From IMG/VR virus record IMGVR_UViG_3300025141_000020, positions 1 through 64,000 of that record: 64,000 nucleotides of DNA. One strand, given 5' to 3'. The notes below the pieces were generated by a model. That model worked only from the letters and a program-made list of their open reading frames with translations, was not told where the DNA came from and ran no database searches. A program made the position numbers and the translations under genes. This document shows positions 54,456 to 64,000 of the stretch, in pieces (within the stretch, counting starts at the first letter, position 1; every line of letters starts with the position of its first letter).

Positions 54456-57400
54456 CTATAGTAGTGTTAACGGAGTACCACAACTTTCACAACCCTCTTT
54501 AACACCACATGTAACCCATTGTCCTGTATGGTTATGAAATTGTACGGTTATAGTTCCTAATGTTCCTCCTGCTGCAGTAGTGTCATGTAGAACATTACCA
54601 TAACCATCATTTGCCCAACTAACGTGACCAGGAATAGGACTTCCATTTGGGTAAACCGCTGTAGTTGTAGCCTCCCAAAAACAATCTCCTAGAACACCAT
54701 TTTGAAATGGGTCTGGGTTACCTCCTGGGCCTCCAGCTACACAACATACACAACAGTCACCTGATAAAGTACCTGAGCCGTAATTGTAGAATCCACTTAA
54801 ACCTGGGTATGTAAAACATTCGTTTTCTTGGAAAGCATACTGTATGGTTGGGAAACTCCATTGGCTACCTCCTAAATATGAATGGGTAAGTGGTTGTCCT
54901 GGTGCTAGTAAACCTGCTGACATTAAATCTGGTTCACAGCATCCACAAATTGTGTGTTCACAACAGTTTTGGGTACAACCAGTATAATCACTTATTGGCC
55001 ATGCATCGTCCCACACATTAGATGGACCTCCAGTTGTTCCTGTCCCAGGAAGTATCCAACAATCACATGTTATGGGTCCTGTTGTACAATGACAAGGTCG
55101 AGCTCCACCCCATACCTCAGGACAACAACCTTGAGCACCTCTTGGAGATAATGTTGGGTCCCATATTTGACATGCAGGTCCTAAATTTGGTAATGGGCTC
55201 GGATTAAGGTATAAACCTGAATCGTTATATTTAGTAGCTGTCCCCAAAGGAAGTGTTGCTGCACAAGCAGCCCCGGTAATACTATCGGCATTACACTGAT
55301 TCACACAAGCATTAAAATTAGTGGGACTTACCCATTCACAAGCCAGATTCCTCATAATGGATTGTATTTCTACGAAATCTGTACATGTTGATACGTCGGT
55401 ATTGTATTCGGTCATCAATCCAGCAATAGTATCTCCCCAAGATGGGTACATAGCGAAGCCTAATCCCCAAGTCGTATGACAATGGTATGTACCCCCGTTT
55501 GGGTTTGGTGGATAGCCACTAGATGAGCTTGGTGGTGCGTTAGAATATGTGCTATAAAACAGATGGTCAGAAGAACACATGCCTCCGGTTCCCACTCCTG
55601 TTGGTGGTGGAATCGGGCAAGGAACAGTTTGTCCTGGTGACGATATTCCTACTGTATTGGTGTAAACACTTTGTATTGCAGGCTGGAAAGGTGGGGCAAC
55701 GTTAATATGCCAGTTGATGTAATCCGTGGGAGTACCAACAACACCACTATGGTTAGTATTACTACATTTTGATTGAGCCCACCAATATGGACTACTATTA
55801 CATAAGTAAGACTTACATAAGGCGTCACAGTCTACTTGATTCACAAAAACATCTGGGTCACTATAACTATACATCGCTTGAACACACCCACCAATATTTC
55901 CATCAATACATTTCCACGTTAGTGTTGGTGTACCTCCTGTACCACATGTAAAACATTTCTCATCAAGTCCAGTGGAATTAAGAAAGTGTTCAGTGTCACA
56001 TGGCACCCACCATGGCTTACCGGCACCTTGACCCTGCCAAGTTGTTACGTTAGGGCTAGGTCCCATTGTATAGAGATTTAACCCGTCTGCACTATTACCA
56101 GATAACCAATTACACCAATGTTCTGATGGTGAGTATTGGTCTGGTAACATATTTGCTAAATGTTGTCCTGCATCCCACATCTGAGTTCTAACCCAACAAC
56201 AGCCCGGGTGGAGTGGGTCTTTTACAATTTGTCCTTCTCCCCAATAAGGTTCTGTGCTTGACCACATTTGTACTGTTGTGTGGGGTATTACATTGGTTCC
56301 GTCCCAACCGTCAAATGTGTTTGGTACTGAGTTATCATATATCCCAAGACTACCATTCGATAATACAGTTGGATTCCAATAGCCAAGTAAACCAGCCTGA
56401 TGATGGTACCATGATTTTTGTCCCACACACTGGTCACATTCTCCTGGCTCTATAGGTTCACAATTATTTGTTAATGTCATGCAACTATAGAAACTATCAT
56501 AACAATCACGAGTACAAGTTGCACACCCCCAATCTAATTCACATGGTGTTGGTGCTGATGGAGGTGTACATGGTCCAACATTTATATCTAACCATCCACT
56601 ACATTTACAAGGGTTTAATACTGAATTTGGGTTAGATACTATGTATTGGCTACCCATTGGATTTTGACATATAATACAACATGGTACTGGTGGTCCAGAA
56701 GATACAGGAGCAGAACCTATAGTTCCTAGATTAATATCTACGGGATTAACATCTGGCCCTAATACTTTTTGATGTACTATTTGCTCTGATACGAATCCTT
56801 CTGTTGTTGGATAGATTGGTACTGGGCCGTCATTACACTTGCCCATACTTACTTGTGTGTCGATTCCATTACAATTACAAGGAGCTGCTCCCTGCACTAT
56901 ATAGTAAATAATACCTGTTCCACGAACCTCTGGTAGATGTTTACAACATATTTTACAATTTCCTGAACTACTCCCACCGTCTGGGCATTCTACCATTGGT
57001 CCCGTGCCATCTAAAGACGTACAATACATTCGGCATGGTAAATTTTGGGGGTTTGGGTAGCTAAGTGTCGTACCTGCTACACAACCACCTTGGCCATCAT
57101 CTTCACAACAACAACAATCCTGTGGACAACTAATCTGACTAATTCCCGCACAAACTGAGTTACATGGTAGTCCTGTTGGGTTGAATTGCGTCGTTTGTGT
57201 ACCGTTAACACAGTTTCCAAATCCATCGTCCTCACAACAACAACATGGAGTTCCTTGGGTGGTGGGTTCACAACAGTATTTACACCATTCCTGACACTTT
57301 TCTAAACTAGAGAAAGGTGTACCACCACCATTATAACTCACTTGTGAACCAGGAGCTCCAGCGTCAGTACCCCAAACATTATCCCCATAAGATGCATTAG

Positions 57401-60400
57401 CTGTTATTTCAGTGTTTATATATGGGTATTCTTCTATACAATTTGTTATCTGATATGGGTATTGTGGGTTATTATCGTCACACCACCATCTTTCTTCATA
57501 CACTACAGGAGGACACTCTGGGTCACATGGAATCCACATTAAATCAGTACCGTACGCTGGTAGTCCTGAAGTATTTAAGGCGTTCATATATAGATTATAA
57601 TAATCAGAAGGTAACATTGTTGTATCATACAGTGCCCAATCCCCTGTACCTAAAACCATCACATAACAACAACCATCTTGAGTCACAACATCACCATTTA
57701 TGTATGTTCCTCCATTAGCTGTTGGTGTTGGTGTCCATGACAAAGGTGTACTATTAAAGCTGGTCAAGGTAATACTATAAGTTAGTAGAACACCAGCACT
57801 ACCCTCGTAATGGTATGTTATGGTATTATCTAAACATTTCTCACACTCACAACATCTTTGATTATTGTTTGTTGCTGCATGACAGCACGCTAAGGTGTAA
57901 CATGGTGGTAATTGTACTGGATTAGTTGGTGCGGCTGTGAACTCACATTGGCACACACCATTACATTCAAATTGACATACCAGTTGGCAGTCAGCTTGTG
58001 CAGTAGGACCTACATATGGCCCAGACATTAAGGTGTTAATTACTGGGTAAACTATACATCCCAGTATATCATCACAATAATAATCTAGGTATATTTCTAC
58101 ACAAGGCTCCTCGGTAATGATACAATCAATTAGTGTTGCATAACAATCTGCTGCCATACAGTTGCAGTTTTGATTCATAGCACAATACCAGTTTAAATAA
58201 CAAGTTCCTGGGGATGAGGTTACTGAGTCACAGTCACAACAAAATCTACAAGCTTCTTGACAAGCTCCTAGTGAAGTAAAATAAGCCATATTGTTTACAG
58301 CTCTAGTTACAGCTCCAACACCAAATAAATTTGTATCTAATAGTGTGCTAATATTACTCACACAACCACCCAAACTAGCACTGTAATCATAGTGACACCA
58401 GTACTCTGTTGGTGGTAATGAACAGTCACAAGGTGTTGTTGTTGTTGTTGCTAAGAAACAACCTAAAGCGTCCCAGAAAAAAGTACCAGCACAGTTAGAT
58501 ACATTTCCGACAAAAGTACATACAGACACACCATTAGGGTCGCAGCACCAAGTACACTCTGGTTGACAGTCCCCTAATGACGTAAAGTTTGTAGTTAGTG
58601 GGTTTTGGTACAGTGCGTCACCATCATTTACTTCTACACACCCAGTACCATCTACATTTACCACCGCATTAGGTGAACAATCAGAACTATCGTCACAATA
58701 CCATTGTGGCGGTAATGGTCCGGGACAACAGTTTGGTAATAACGCATTTACTGGATTTATACCCATACATTCATTGTAGGAATTGTATGCGTAAACATTT
58801 GGTGGACAATCCGTTGGGATTGGACCAGATGCTAGAATTAATTCTTGTTGGTAAGTTGCACACATTGGTATGCAAGGATTTGTTCCTGGTATACAAAAAC
58901 ATTGTGCGTCACACTCATCACCACTACCATTATCACAAGTTGAGTTATTATAACAATTAAAAATATGTCCTGTTCCCATAGTAGTGTCACACGCACTTGG
59001 TACACATCCGTCTGGTGAACATTCCCAACTTGGTGTATAGGCCGGGTCACAAACATCACATGGGTCATAAGTTGCTGCTTGCCATATAAATGGTACTGGT
59101 GGGTCTCCTGGCGTTAGATTACAACTTACCCAACAGTTTGGTACTGAACCAGCTGGTGGGTCTCCTGGTGTAAAATGATTACAATCATATGTTGTTGGGT
59201 CTCCTGGTGTAGGTGGGGTTTGTGGTAATATAATAGGGCAATCACATCTAAAACAACAAAAATCGGTATCAGTATCACCCCAATAAACAGCATCATCTTC
59301 ATCGTAAAACTGGAATAAACTATTCCAGGCTCCAGTTGAATTTACTGGTTCCGGGCCACATGCACAATCACATGTTTCATCTGTTGGGTCACAACATGTT
59401 GGAGTAGTAGCTGGTGCTACTGGTGGGCATAAAGCGTTAGTACAATCAAACATAAAACACCACGGATATGCGGGGTTAAATACATACCCAGATGATGTTG
59501 GGTCATTACATGGGGTAGTTGATATGTTGTAAGCCTGGTCGTATGAACAAGGCCAATCTAATATTGGTGATGGTGGCCCATTTGGGTACCAAATCATATT
59601 GAATCCTGATGTTAAGTCATCATCACAGTCCGCATAACAACATCCTTGATTTGCATAACAACAAGCTGAAAAAGTGTCATATCCGGTCCATAATGGGTCT
59701 GGGTCGGTAACCTGCCAATTATTTTGAGCTATAATTGTTTGACTAATCCCTTGTTTACAACCAATTAAAACCGGTGGTATAGTTGGTGTCGTTGTTGTAC
59801 CTGTTTCTGTAAAGCAGTCCCAACCAAAATCACAAATACAAGCTGCTAGACAAGATGGTTGGTCAGGATAAGATGGGATTCCGTTTAATCCTCCTGTTGG
59901 GTCTGGACCATATGTGTTAGGACTTGTAGATATTAGTGTAGGACACATGTTTGGGTAGGAACTAGTACATGGAGTCATGGCATTACAATCACATGTCCAA
60001 CATTCTATATTTACTGTACAAGCTGTAACACAGTCTGCCTCGGTTAAGTATGGACCAGTACCGGTTGGTGGTCCACCTAATGTATACCATGGTATACATG
60101 GACTCTGGTATGGTCCTGGTGTAGGTGGGTTATATACAATATATGGGTCATCACACCACCAACTACAAGGTACATCTCCAACTACATTTGACACACCAAA
60201 ATATATTAACATATTTGATTCACAGTCACTTTGTGAAGGCCACAAGGTGGCGTTTGGGTCCATTGAACCAATAACTAGTGGTCCTGGTGTCGGTATACCA
60301 CCCAAAGACTGGCATCCACTTTCACAATCCCAAGTCCAGACTGTATCAATACAACATCCTGCTATAGGGCCAATAGGTGCTAGATTAACTGGTGGTATAA

Positions 60401-63107
60401 ATGTGCTTGGTGCATTAGATAGTACACCATTATTACAATCACTTATGAGATAAGGTGGACTTAAATATAAACTATAGTTATAAGCTAAATCAGTAAATGT
60501 GTTATTTATTGCGTTAACACTAATCATTGTGTTAATATATAAGGTAGCATCATAGTCACAACCTAATGTATCACAACAAGGCACTCCCATAGCCGCTGGT
60601 GTTGTACATGAATAAGCTATTGGTTCACAATAATCACTACATAGTGGTTCTGTAGCAAAAGATAGTGGTGTAAAATAAAGAGGGTCGTCAGATAGTATTG
60701 GGTAACATCCTTGACATGTATATTGTTCTGTACATACCCATCTACTATCAAAACACGTACCATCATTTAAGTTAGTATCACAGTCACCCCAAAACATTTC
60801 TCCGGTTACAGTAATTGGATTACCAAATTGGTCAACCGTATCTAAAGTTGCTCCCGATATCATAATACAGTCCAGACTTGTAGAACTTGGTAATGGACAT
60901 GCTTGCCAGTGTGGGGATATGTCTGGTTCACCATAAGTTCCTGCATAGTTCCATTCAGAACAAGGAAAAGATGATGAAATCTGGTCAGTTAAACACACGT
61001 AACATACACCATTATAACTTACCGTATCATTCTCATTATAGCTAGCAAACGTAGAATCCCAAGGTCCCCCAAGCCATCCCCATGGATTAGAATTCATTTG
61101 CATGGCATTGAAGATACCATTTATTCCAATACAATCAACATCACAATCTCCTACTGGCCCTTCTATAGGACAAACCCAACTTACACACCCTATGTAATCC
61201 CATTGGGTTGTAAATTGCATTGTGTATCCTGTTGGTGGGTCTAATGTTCCACTAACTAGGGCTTGGTAACAATTTCCTTCTGTTCCTTCTACGAAGTCTC
61301 CAGCGTTATAAAAGTTACCCTGACTATAAAAGTTAGTTGGTCCTAGTGTAAAGTCGTTACATGGCGTATTTGTTCCTGGTGGACATGCAACACAATCTGG
61401 AGTACAAGCTTCCCATACATGTGTTTTAACACCACCGTCATTATATACCCCTTCTTCCATCATAACAGGGGCTACACCATACCATGGGTCAGATGAAGAT
61501 ATGTTTATTACAGCCATAAAACAACAACAAGAATTATATGTAACATCATAAACTATATCACCTATAGCATAGTTACCACTTGGTGACCAATCACCAATTA
61601 CAGTACCTGGACCTATTGGTATTGAAGTTCCCATAATTCCAGGTATATTACCTCTATCCACATATTCATCTTTTGTTGTACAATATTCACAATCACCTGA
61701 TGGACACGCAATGCATTCTTCTGCTCCCCACGCTAAATTATCTAAACCACAACTCGTAGCCTCAAAAATTGTTATCCCGTTAGTAAAGTCCCAGAAATTT
61801 ATTGGTGTGTCACCATCAGCCCATGTACCACTAGAGTTTGCTGCGGAAGATATGGTGTAAGCTGTAAACACGGTAGTTGCATCTGTAATCACACCATATA
61901 CACCAGTTAAAAATCCGTTAGTTATAGGGTCTAAAACATCACCACCTATAGGTACTACCACACCAACATTAAAACCTGGTGGTAGGTTAGGTGAGTTTAA
62001 GTTTGTATATGTTTGAAAATTACCCAAAATACTATCTGTTATTCCTGACACCGTAAAACATGGTTTACCAGATATAGCTCCAGGGCCAAAAGTCATACCA
62101 CTGTATTGATTTATGTGGGTTGCTGAATCCAGAGGTAAATCTGGGTAGTCATTAAAATAACCTGTAGATGAACCTTGAAAACCACTTGGGTTACCAAATA
62201 TATCATAGGTTGGTGGTCCCGTTAGGGGACTTGATTGGTCCATTTGAAATGGTGGAGTTGCTAATGGACCGGCCATAAATGGATAAGTCTCTAATGGTAG
62301 TGATAATATTTTTTCAGTACTTAGTGGTCCCCATGGTGAATCTTGTGTAATGGTCACCTTATATTTTGCTGGTGTTGTCGGATAAATCTTTATATCTTGT
62401 GTAGTTAAATTTGGAAAATACATGTGTTGCACTGATGTTCCGTCACCCCAGTCGATAGTATATGGTGACTTTTGTAATTGTTCGTAATATCCAAAATCAG
62501 TAGTATTACTTACTAACACACCATAACCACTGTTGGATACACCAGAATAAACAAAGTTAGCGAAAACTTCTTGTTGTGATATATTTCCATCCCAAACAGA
62601 ATAATGTCCAATATCATTAAAATCTTGACTTAAAAAAATTGGTACTTTACTAACATCTGGACCTAGTTGGTCTAGACATTCACAACCAAAAGTGTTTGGT
62701 GTTATGTTAATAGGGTTATTATTACTTTGGCCAACATTTATAACACTCCTTGTTTGATTAAAACTATCACTGTATGTGGTTCCTAATAAGGTAACATGTA
62801 GCCCTTTAAAAAGTATGTATAAAAAACTATCTACACTGGTACAGTGGTTAGGGCTATTATTAGGCCCTGTATTCCACAAAATAACACAAGGGTCACTTGG
62901 GGAACAATGTTTTAGTTCTTCTGGGAATGTATTAAGTATGTCTCCATTAATTGCAGACATAACATCAACTCCAGTAGTATTGTACATAGTAATGCCAGAA
63001 CAATTTGTACTAGTGTTTATAGGCCAAAAATTTGTACCACCACTACAAGGTATTTCCCAATATATATCTGGGTTTATTCTCTTTATTCTAAATTTTTGTA
63101 CTTCCAT
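54456..63107 (-). CDS. Giant Cys/Pro-rich virion protein with PKD-like and CBM5/12-like modules
   Basis: 2883 aa, about 230 Cys (manual count), few K/R; YTIDWGDG PKD-like motif; W-x4-6-Y-x2-GD-x-V repeats; WxC...C...F/Y.S/T..xCxxxC repeats. Confidence 0.8.
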   Translation of the reverse strand: MEVQKFRIKRINPDIYWEIPCSGGTNFWPINTSTNCSGITMYNTTGVDVMSAINGDILNTFPEELKHCSPSDPCVILWNTGPNNSPNHCTSVDSFLYILFKGLHVTLLGTTYSDSFNQTRSVINVGQSNNNPINITPNTFGCECLDQLGPDVSKVPIFLSQDFNDIGHYSVWDGNISQQEVFANFVYSGVSNSGYGVLVSNTTDFGYYEQLQKSPYTIDWGDGTSVQHMYFPNLTTQDIKIYPTTPAKYKVTITQDSPWGPLSTEKILSLPLETYPFMAGPLATPPFQMDQSSPLTGPPTYDIFGNPSGFQGSSTGYFNDYPDLPLDSATHINQYSGMTFGPGAISGKPCFTVSGITDSILGNFQTYTNLNSPNLPPGFNVGVVVPIGGDVLDPITNGFLTGVYGVITDATTVFTAYTISSAANSSGTWADGDTPINFWDFTNGITIFEATSCGLDNLAWGAEECIACPSGDCEYCTTKDEYVDRGNIPGIMGTSIPIGPGTVIGDWSPSGNYAIGDIVYDVTYNSCCCFMAVINISSSDPWYGVAPVMMEEGVYNDGGVKTHVWEACTPDCVACPPGTNTPCNDFTLGPTNFYSQGNFYNAGDFVEGTEGNCYQALVSGTLDPPTGYTMQFTTQWDYIGCVSWVCPIEGPVGDCDVDCIGINGIFNAMQMNSNPWGWLGGPWDSTFASYNENDTVSYNGVCYVCLTDQISSSFPCSEWNYAGTYGEPDISPHWQACPLPSSTSLDCIMISGATLDTVDQFGNPITVTGEMFWGDCDTNLNDGTCFDSRWVCTEQYTCQGCYPILSDDPLYFTPLSFATEPLCSDYCEPIAYSCTTPAAMGVPCCDTLGCDYDATLYINTMISVNAINNTFTDLAYNYSLYLSPPYLISDCNNGVLSNAPSTFIPPVNLAPIGPIAGCCIDTVWTWDCESGCQSLGGIPTPGPLVIGSMDPNATLWPSQSDCESNMLIYFGVSNVVGDVPCSWWCDDPYIVYNPPTPGPYQSPCIPWYTLGGPPTGTGPYLTEADCVTACTVNIECWTCDCNAMTPCTSSYPNMCPTLISTSPNTYGPDPTGGLNGIPSYPDQPSCLAACICDFGWDCFTETGTTTTPTIPPVLIGCKQGISQTIIAQNNWQVTDPDPLWTGYDTFSACCYANQGCCYADCDDDLTSGFNMIWYPNGPPSPILDWPCSYDQAYNISTTPCNDPTSSGYVFNPAYPWCFMFDCTNALCPPVAPATTPTCCDPTDETCDCACGPEPVNSTGAWNSLFQFYDEDDAVYWGDTDTDFCCFRCDCPIILPQTPPTPGDPTTYDCNHFTPGDPPAGSVPNCWVSCNLTPGDPPVPFIWQAATYDPCDVCDPAYTPSWECSPDGCVPSACDTTMGTGHIFNCYNNSTCDNGSGDECDAQCFCIPGTNPCIPMCATYQQELILASGPIPTDCPPNVYAYNSYNECMGINPVNALLPNCCPGPLPPQWYCDDSSDCSPNAVVNVDGTGCVEVNDGDALYQNPLTTNFTSLGDCQPECTWCCDPNGVSVCTFVGNVSNCAGTFFWDALGCFLATTTTTPCDCSLPPTEYWCHYDYSASLGGCVSNISTLLDTNLFGVGAVTRAVNNMAYFTSLGACQEACRFCCDCDSVTSSPGTCYLNWYCAMNQNCNCMAADCYATLIDCIITEEPCVEIYLDYYCDDILGCIVYPVINTLMSGPYVGPTAQADCQLVCQFECNGVCQCEFTAAPTNPVQLPPCYTLACCHAATNNNQRCCECEKCLDNTITYHYEGSAGVLLTYSITLTSFNSTPLSWTPTPTANGGTYINGDVVTQDGCCYVMVLGTGDWALYDTTMLPSDYYNLYMNALNTSGLPAYGTDLMWIPCDPECPPVVYEERWWCDDNNPQYPYQITNCIEEYPYINTEITANASYGDNVWGTDAGAPGSQVSYNGGGTPFSSLEKCQEWCKYCCEPTTQGTPCCCCEDDGFGNCVNGTQTTQFNPTGLPCNSVCAGISQISCPQDCCCCEDDGQGGCVAGTTLSYPNPQNLPCRMYCTSLDGTGPMVECPDGGSSSGNCKICCKHLPEVRGTGIIYYIVQGAAPCNCNGIDTQVSMGKCNDGPVPIYPTTEGFVSEQIVHQKVLGPDVNPVDINLGTIGSAPVSSGPPVPCCIICQNPMGSQYIVSNPNSVLNPCKCSGWLDINVGPCTPPSAPTPCELDWGCATCTRDCYDSFYSCMTLTNNCEPIEPGECDQCVGQKSWYHHQAGLLGYWNPTVLSNGSLGIYDNSVPNTFDGWDGTNVIPHTTVQMWSSTEPYWGEGQIVKDPLHPGCCWVRTQMWDAGQHLANMLPDQYSPSEHWCNWLSGNSADGLNLYTMGPSPNVTTWQGQGAGKPWWVPCDTEHFLNSTGLDEKCFTCGTGGTPTLTWKCIDGNIGGCVQAMYSYSDPDVFVNQVDCDALCKSYLCNSSPYWWAQSKCSNTNHSGVVGTPTDYINWHINVAPPFQPAIQSVYTNTVGISSPGQTVPCPIPPPTGVGTGGMCSSDHLFYSTYSNAPPSSSSGYPPNPNGGTYHCHTTWGLGFAMYPSWGDTIAGLMTEYNTDVSTCTDFVEIQSIMRNLACEWVSPTNFNACVNQCNADSITGAACAATLPLGTATKYNDSGLYLNPSPLPNLGPACQIWDPTLSPRGAQGCCPEVWGGARPCHCTTGPITCDCWILPGTGTTGGPSNVWDDAWPISDYTGCTQNCCEHTICGCCEPDLMSAGLLAPGQPLTHSYLGGSQWSFPTIQYAFQENECFTYPGLSGFYNYGSGTLSGDCCVCCVAGGPGGNPDPFQNGVLGDCFWEATTTAVYPNGSPIPGHVSWANDGYGNVLHDTTAAGGTLGTITVQFHNHTGQWVTCGVKEGCESCGTPLTLL
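56985..57246 (-). repeat. Internal tandem duplication encoding CCCCEDDGxGxCVxGT...NP..LPC...C (2 copies)
   Basis: Seen in both protein and DNA (acaacaacaaca tracts at about 57105 and 57234). Confidence 0.8.
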
Positions 63108-63110
63108 TAA

Positions 63111-63995
63111 TTATATTATATATTCATACCATGTTATAGGTTGTATAGATGTCATACCTTTTTCACCTAGAAAGACAGGGTTAAAAGGAAATCCTAATAA
63201 GTAAGCGTTATTATCAAACACCCTCACCTTATAACTATATTTTGGTGTTGTTAGTTCATTAACACTTATATTGACCTGGTAATAAAACCAGTTTGATGGT
63301 TCCATAGGTCCTACATTCCCACTTGGGTTTGCATTTACAAATCTATTTGATTTACCTGTTTTTGCATTAAAGAACTTGCATGACATGTAAAATGTTTCTA
63401 TCTCAAAAAGGTCTCTATTTTTTAACCAATGTATATAGTAACTCTCATCTTTTCCTGTGTATGGACCTAATTGTACTTCTGGTAACCAAACATCGTACTG
63501 GGTAGGTAGTGCTTGTGATGCTAGTTGGTAGTAAGCTACTGGGTCTTCGTCTTTGTCTATATTTACGGGATACTTACCACAGTTAGTGGTTGGTAGTATG
63601 ATAGTAAACATTAATTTTTGTTTTTCTCTTTCTGGACTGTCGTAGTAGTCGAACTTCCAAAAACTATTTGTAAAGGATTTTTTATTTCTATATAATTCAG
63701 CGTCAGTAAAGTCAGCATTATTAAAATTAACAGCGTTAGCTCCCCAGTTTTGATTAACTTCATCAAAAAATCTAAACTGATAAAATATATTATAATCCCC
63801 TGTGTCGTTACCATAATAATATCTTGTGGTTTCGTAGTCTTGGATTACATTTACGGCATCCTCCAACTCAACTTGTTCATAATCTGTAATAAGTTGTTCT
63901 CTACCAACTTCATCAAATATTTGACCTAGGGGTACGGTGATATTTTTTTCACCTGGGTTTACTCTTATTTGTATTCTATTCACAGACATCTCCAA
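63111..63995 (-). CDS. Putative structural protein (294 aa)
   Basis: Directly upstream of the giant gene; aromatic-rich beta-type composition. Confidence 0.65.
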   Translation of the reverse strand: MEMSVNRIQIRVNPGEKNITVPLGQIFDEVGREQLITDYEQVELEDAVNVIQDYETTRYYYGNDTGDYNIFYQFRFFDEVNQNWGANAVNFNNADFTDAELYRNKKSFTNSFWKFDYYDSPEREKQKLMFTIILPTTNCGKYPVNIDKDEDPVAYYQLASQALPTQYDVWLPEVQLGPYTGKDESYYIHWLKNRDLFEIETFYMSCKFFNAKTGKSNRFVNANPSGNVGPMEPSNWFYYQVNISVNELTTPKYSYKVRVFDNNAYLLGFPFNPVFLGEKGMTSIQPITWYEYII

Positions 63996-64000
63996 ATTCT

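Noticed and set aside
41887-63107. Diversity-generating retroelement or invertible tail-fibre cassette
   Set aside because: No reverse transcriptase or recombinase, and no near-identical template/variable repeat pair noticed by eye; a self dot-plot would be needed to exclude it fully.
45309-63107. Eukaryotic or giant-virus (NCLDV) origin of the Cys-rich genes
   Set aside because: Intronless, contiguous with phage baseplate-like genes, and sharing the same upstream motif as genes for lysozyme and other phage proteins; the window also has a sigma factor and DnaG primase.
1510-63814. Numerous short plus-strand and alternative-frame ORFs nested in long genes (e.g. 20227, 28395, 29073, 52889, 59977, 62776)
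   Set aside because: Antisense or frame shadows of AT-rich coding genes with F/L/S/I-biased composition and no motifs.
1-64000. Stop-codon reassignment or selenocysteine recoding
   Set aside because: Genes tile tightly and remain full-length under code 11; TAA, TAG and TGA all act as stops.

Overview
AT-rich, gene-dense segment of a large tailed dsDNA phage (jumbo/huge-phage type, standard code 11), almost entirely on the minus strand. A Bacteroidota (probably Flavobacteria-like) host is inferred from a Bacteroidota-type primary sigma factor, TAnnTTTG promoters, an Hc1 histone-like protein, a SprB-type repeat and the absence of obvious Shine-Dalgarno motifs. Layout: (1) 1-19.7 kb accessory/host-takeover genes (DUF2828/TROVE-like protein next to an atypical tRNA-Gly, LRR protein, 3'-5' exonuclease, glutamine synthetase II, cysteine synthase, cyclophilin, DnaJ, DHH phosphoesterase, lysozyme, PG-binding zinc protease, DUF4338/DruA-like protein, small lipoprotein); (2) 19.7-26 kb putative head-core and lysis/envelope genes; (3) 26-35.1 kb sigma factor plus replication/recombination genes (SbcCD/gp46-47, PD-(D/E)xK nuclease, DnaG primase, RuvC-like resolvase); (4) 35.1-64 kb tail/baseplate module with unusually cysteine-rich proteins, including a 2883-aa protein (about 230 Cys by manual count) with CBM5/12-like repeats, a dockerin-like domain and SprB/TSP-C-like domains. 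Best candidates for undescribed biology: a family of unrelated enzymes sharing an N-terminal capsid-targeting-like leader plus a TATTTAT late motif (putative injected effector cargo); a giant Cys/Pro-rich adhesin accompanied by Cys-synthesis and folding genes; and a TROVE-like protein/tRNA-mimic module. All family assignments are by motif recognition only; no searches were run.
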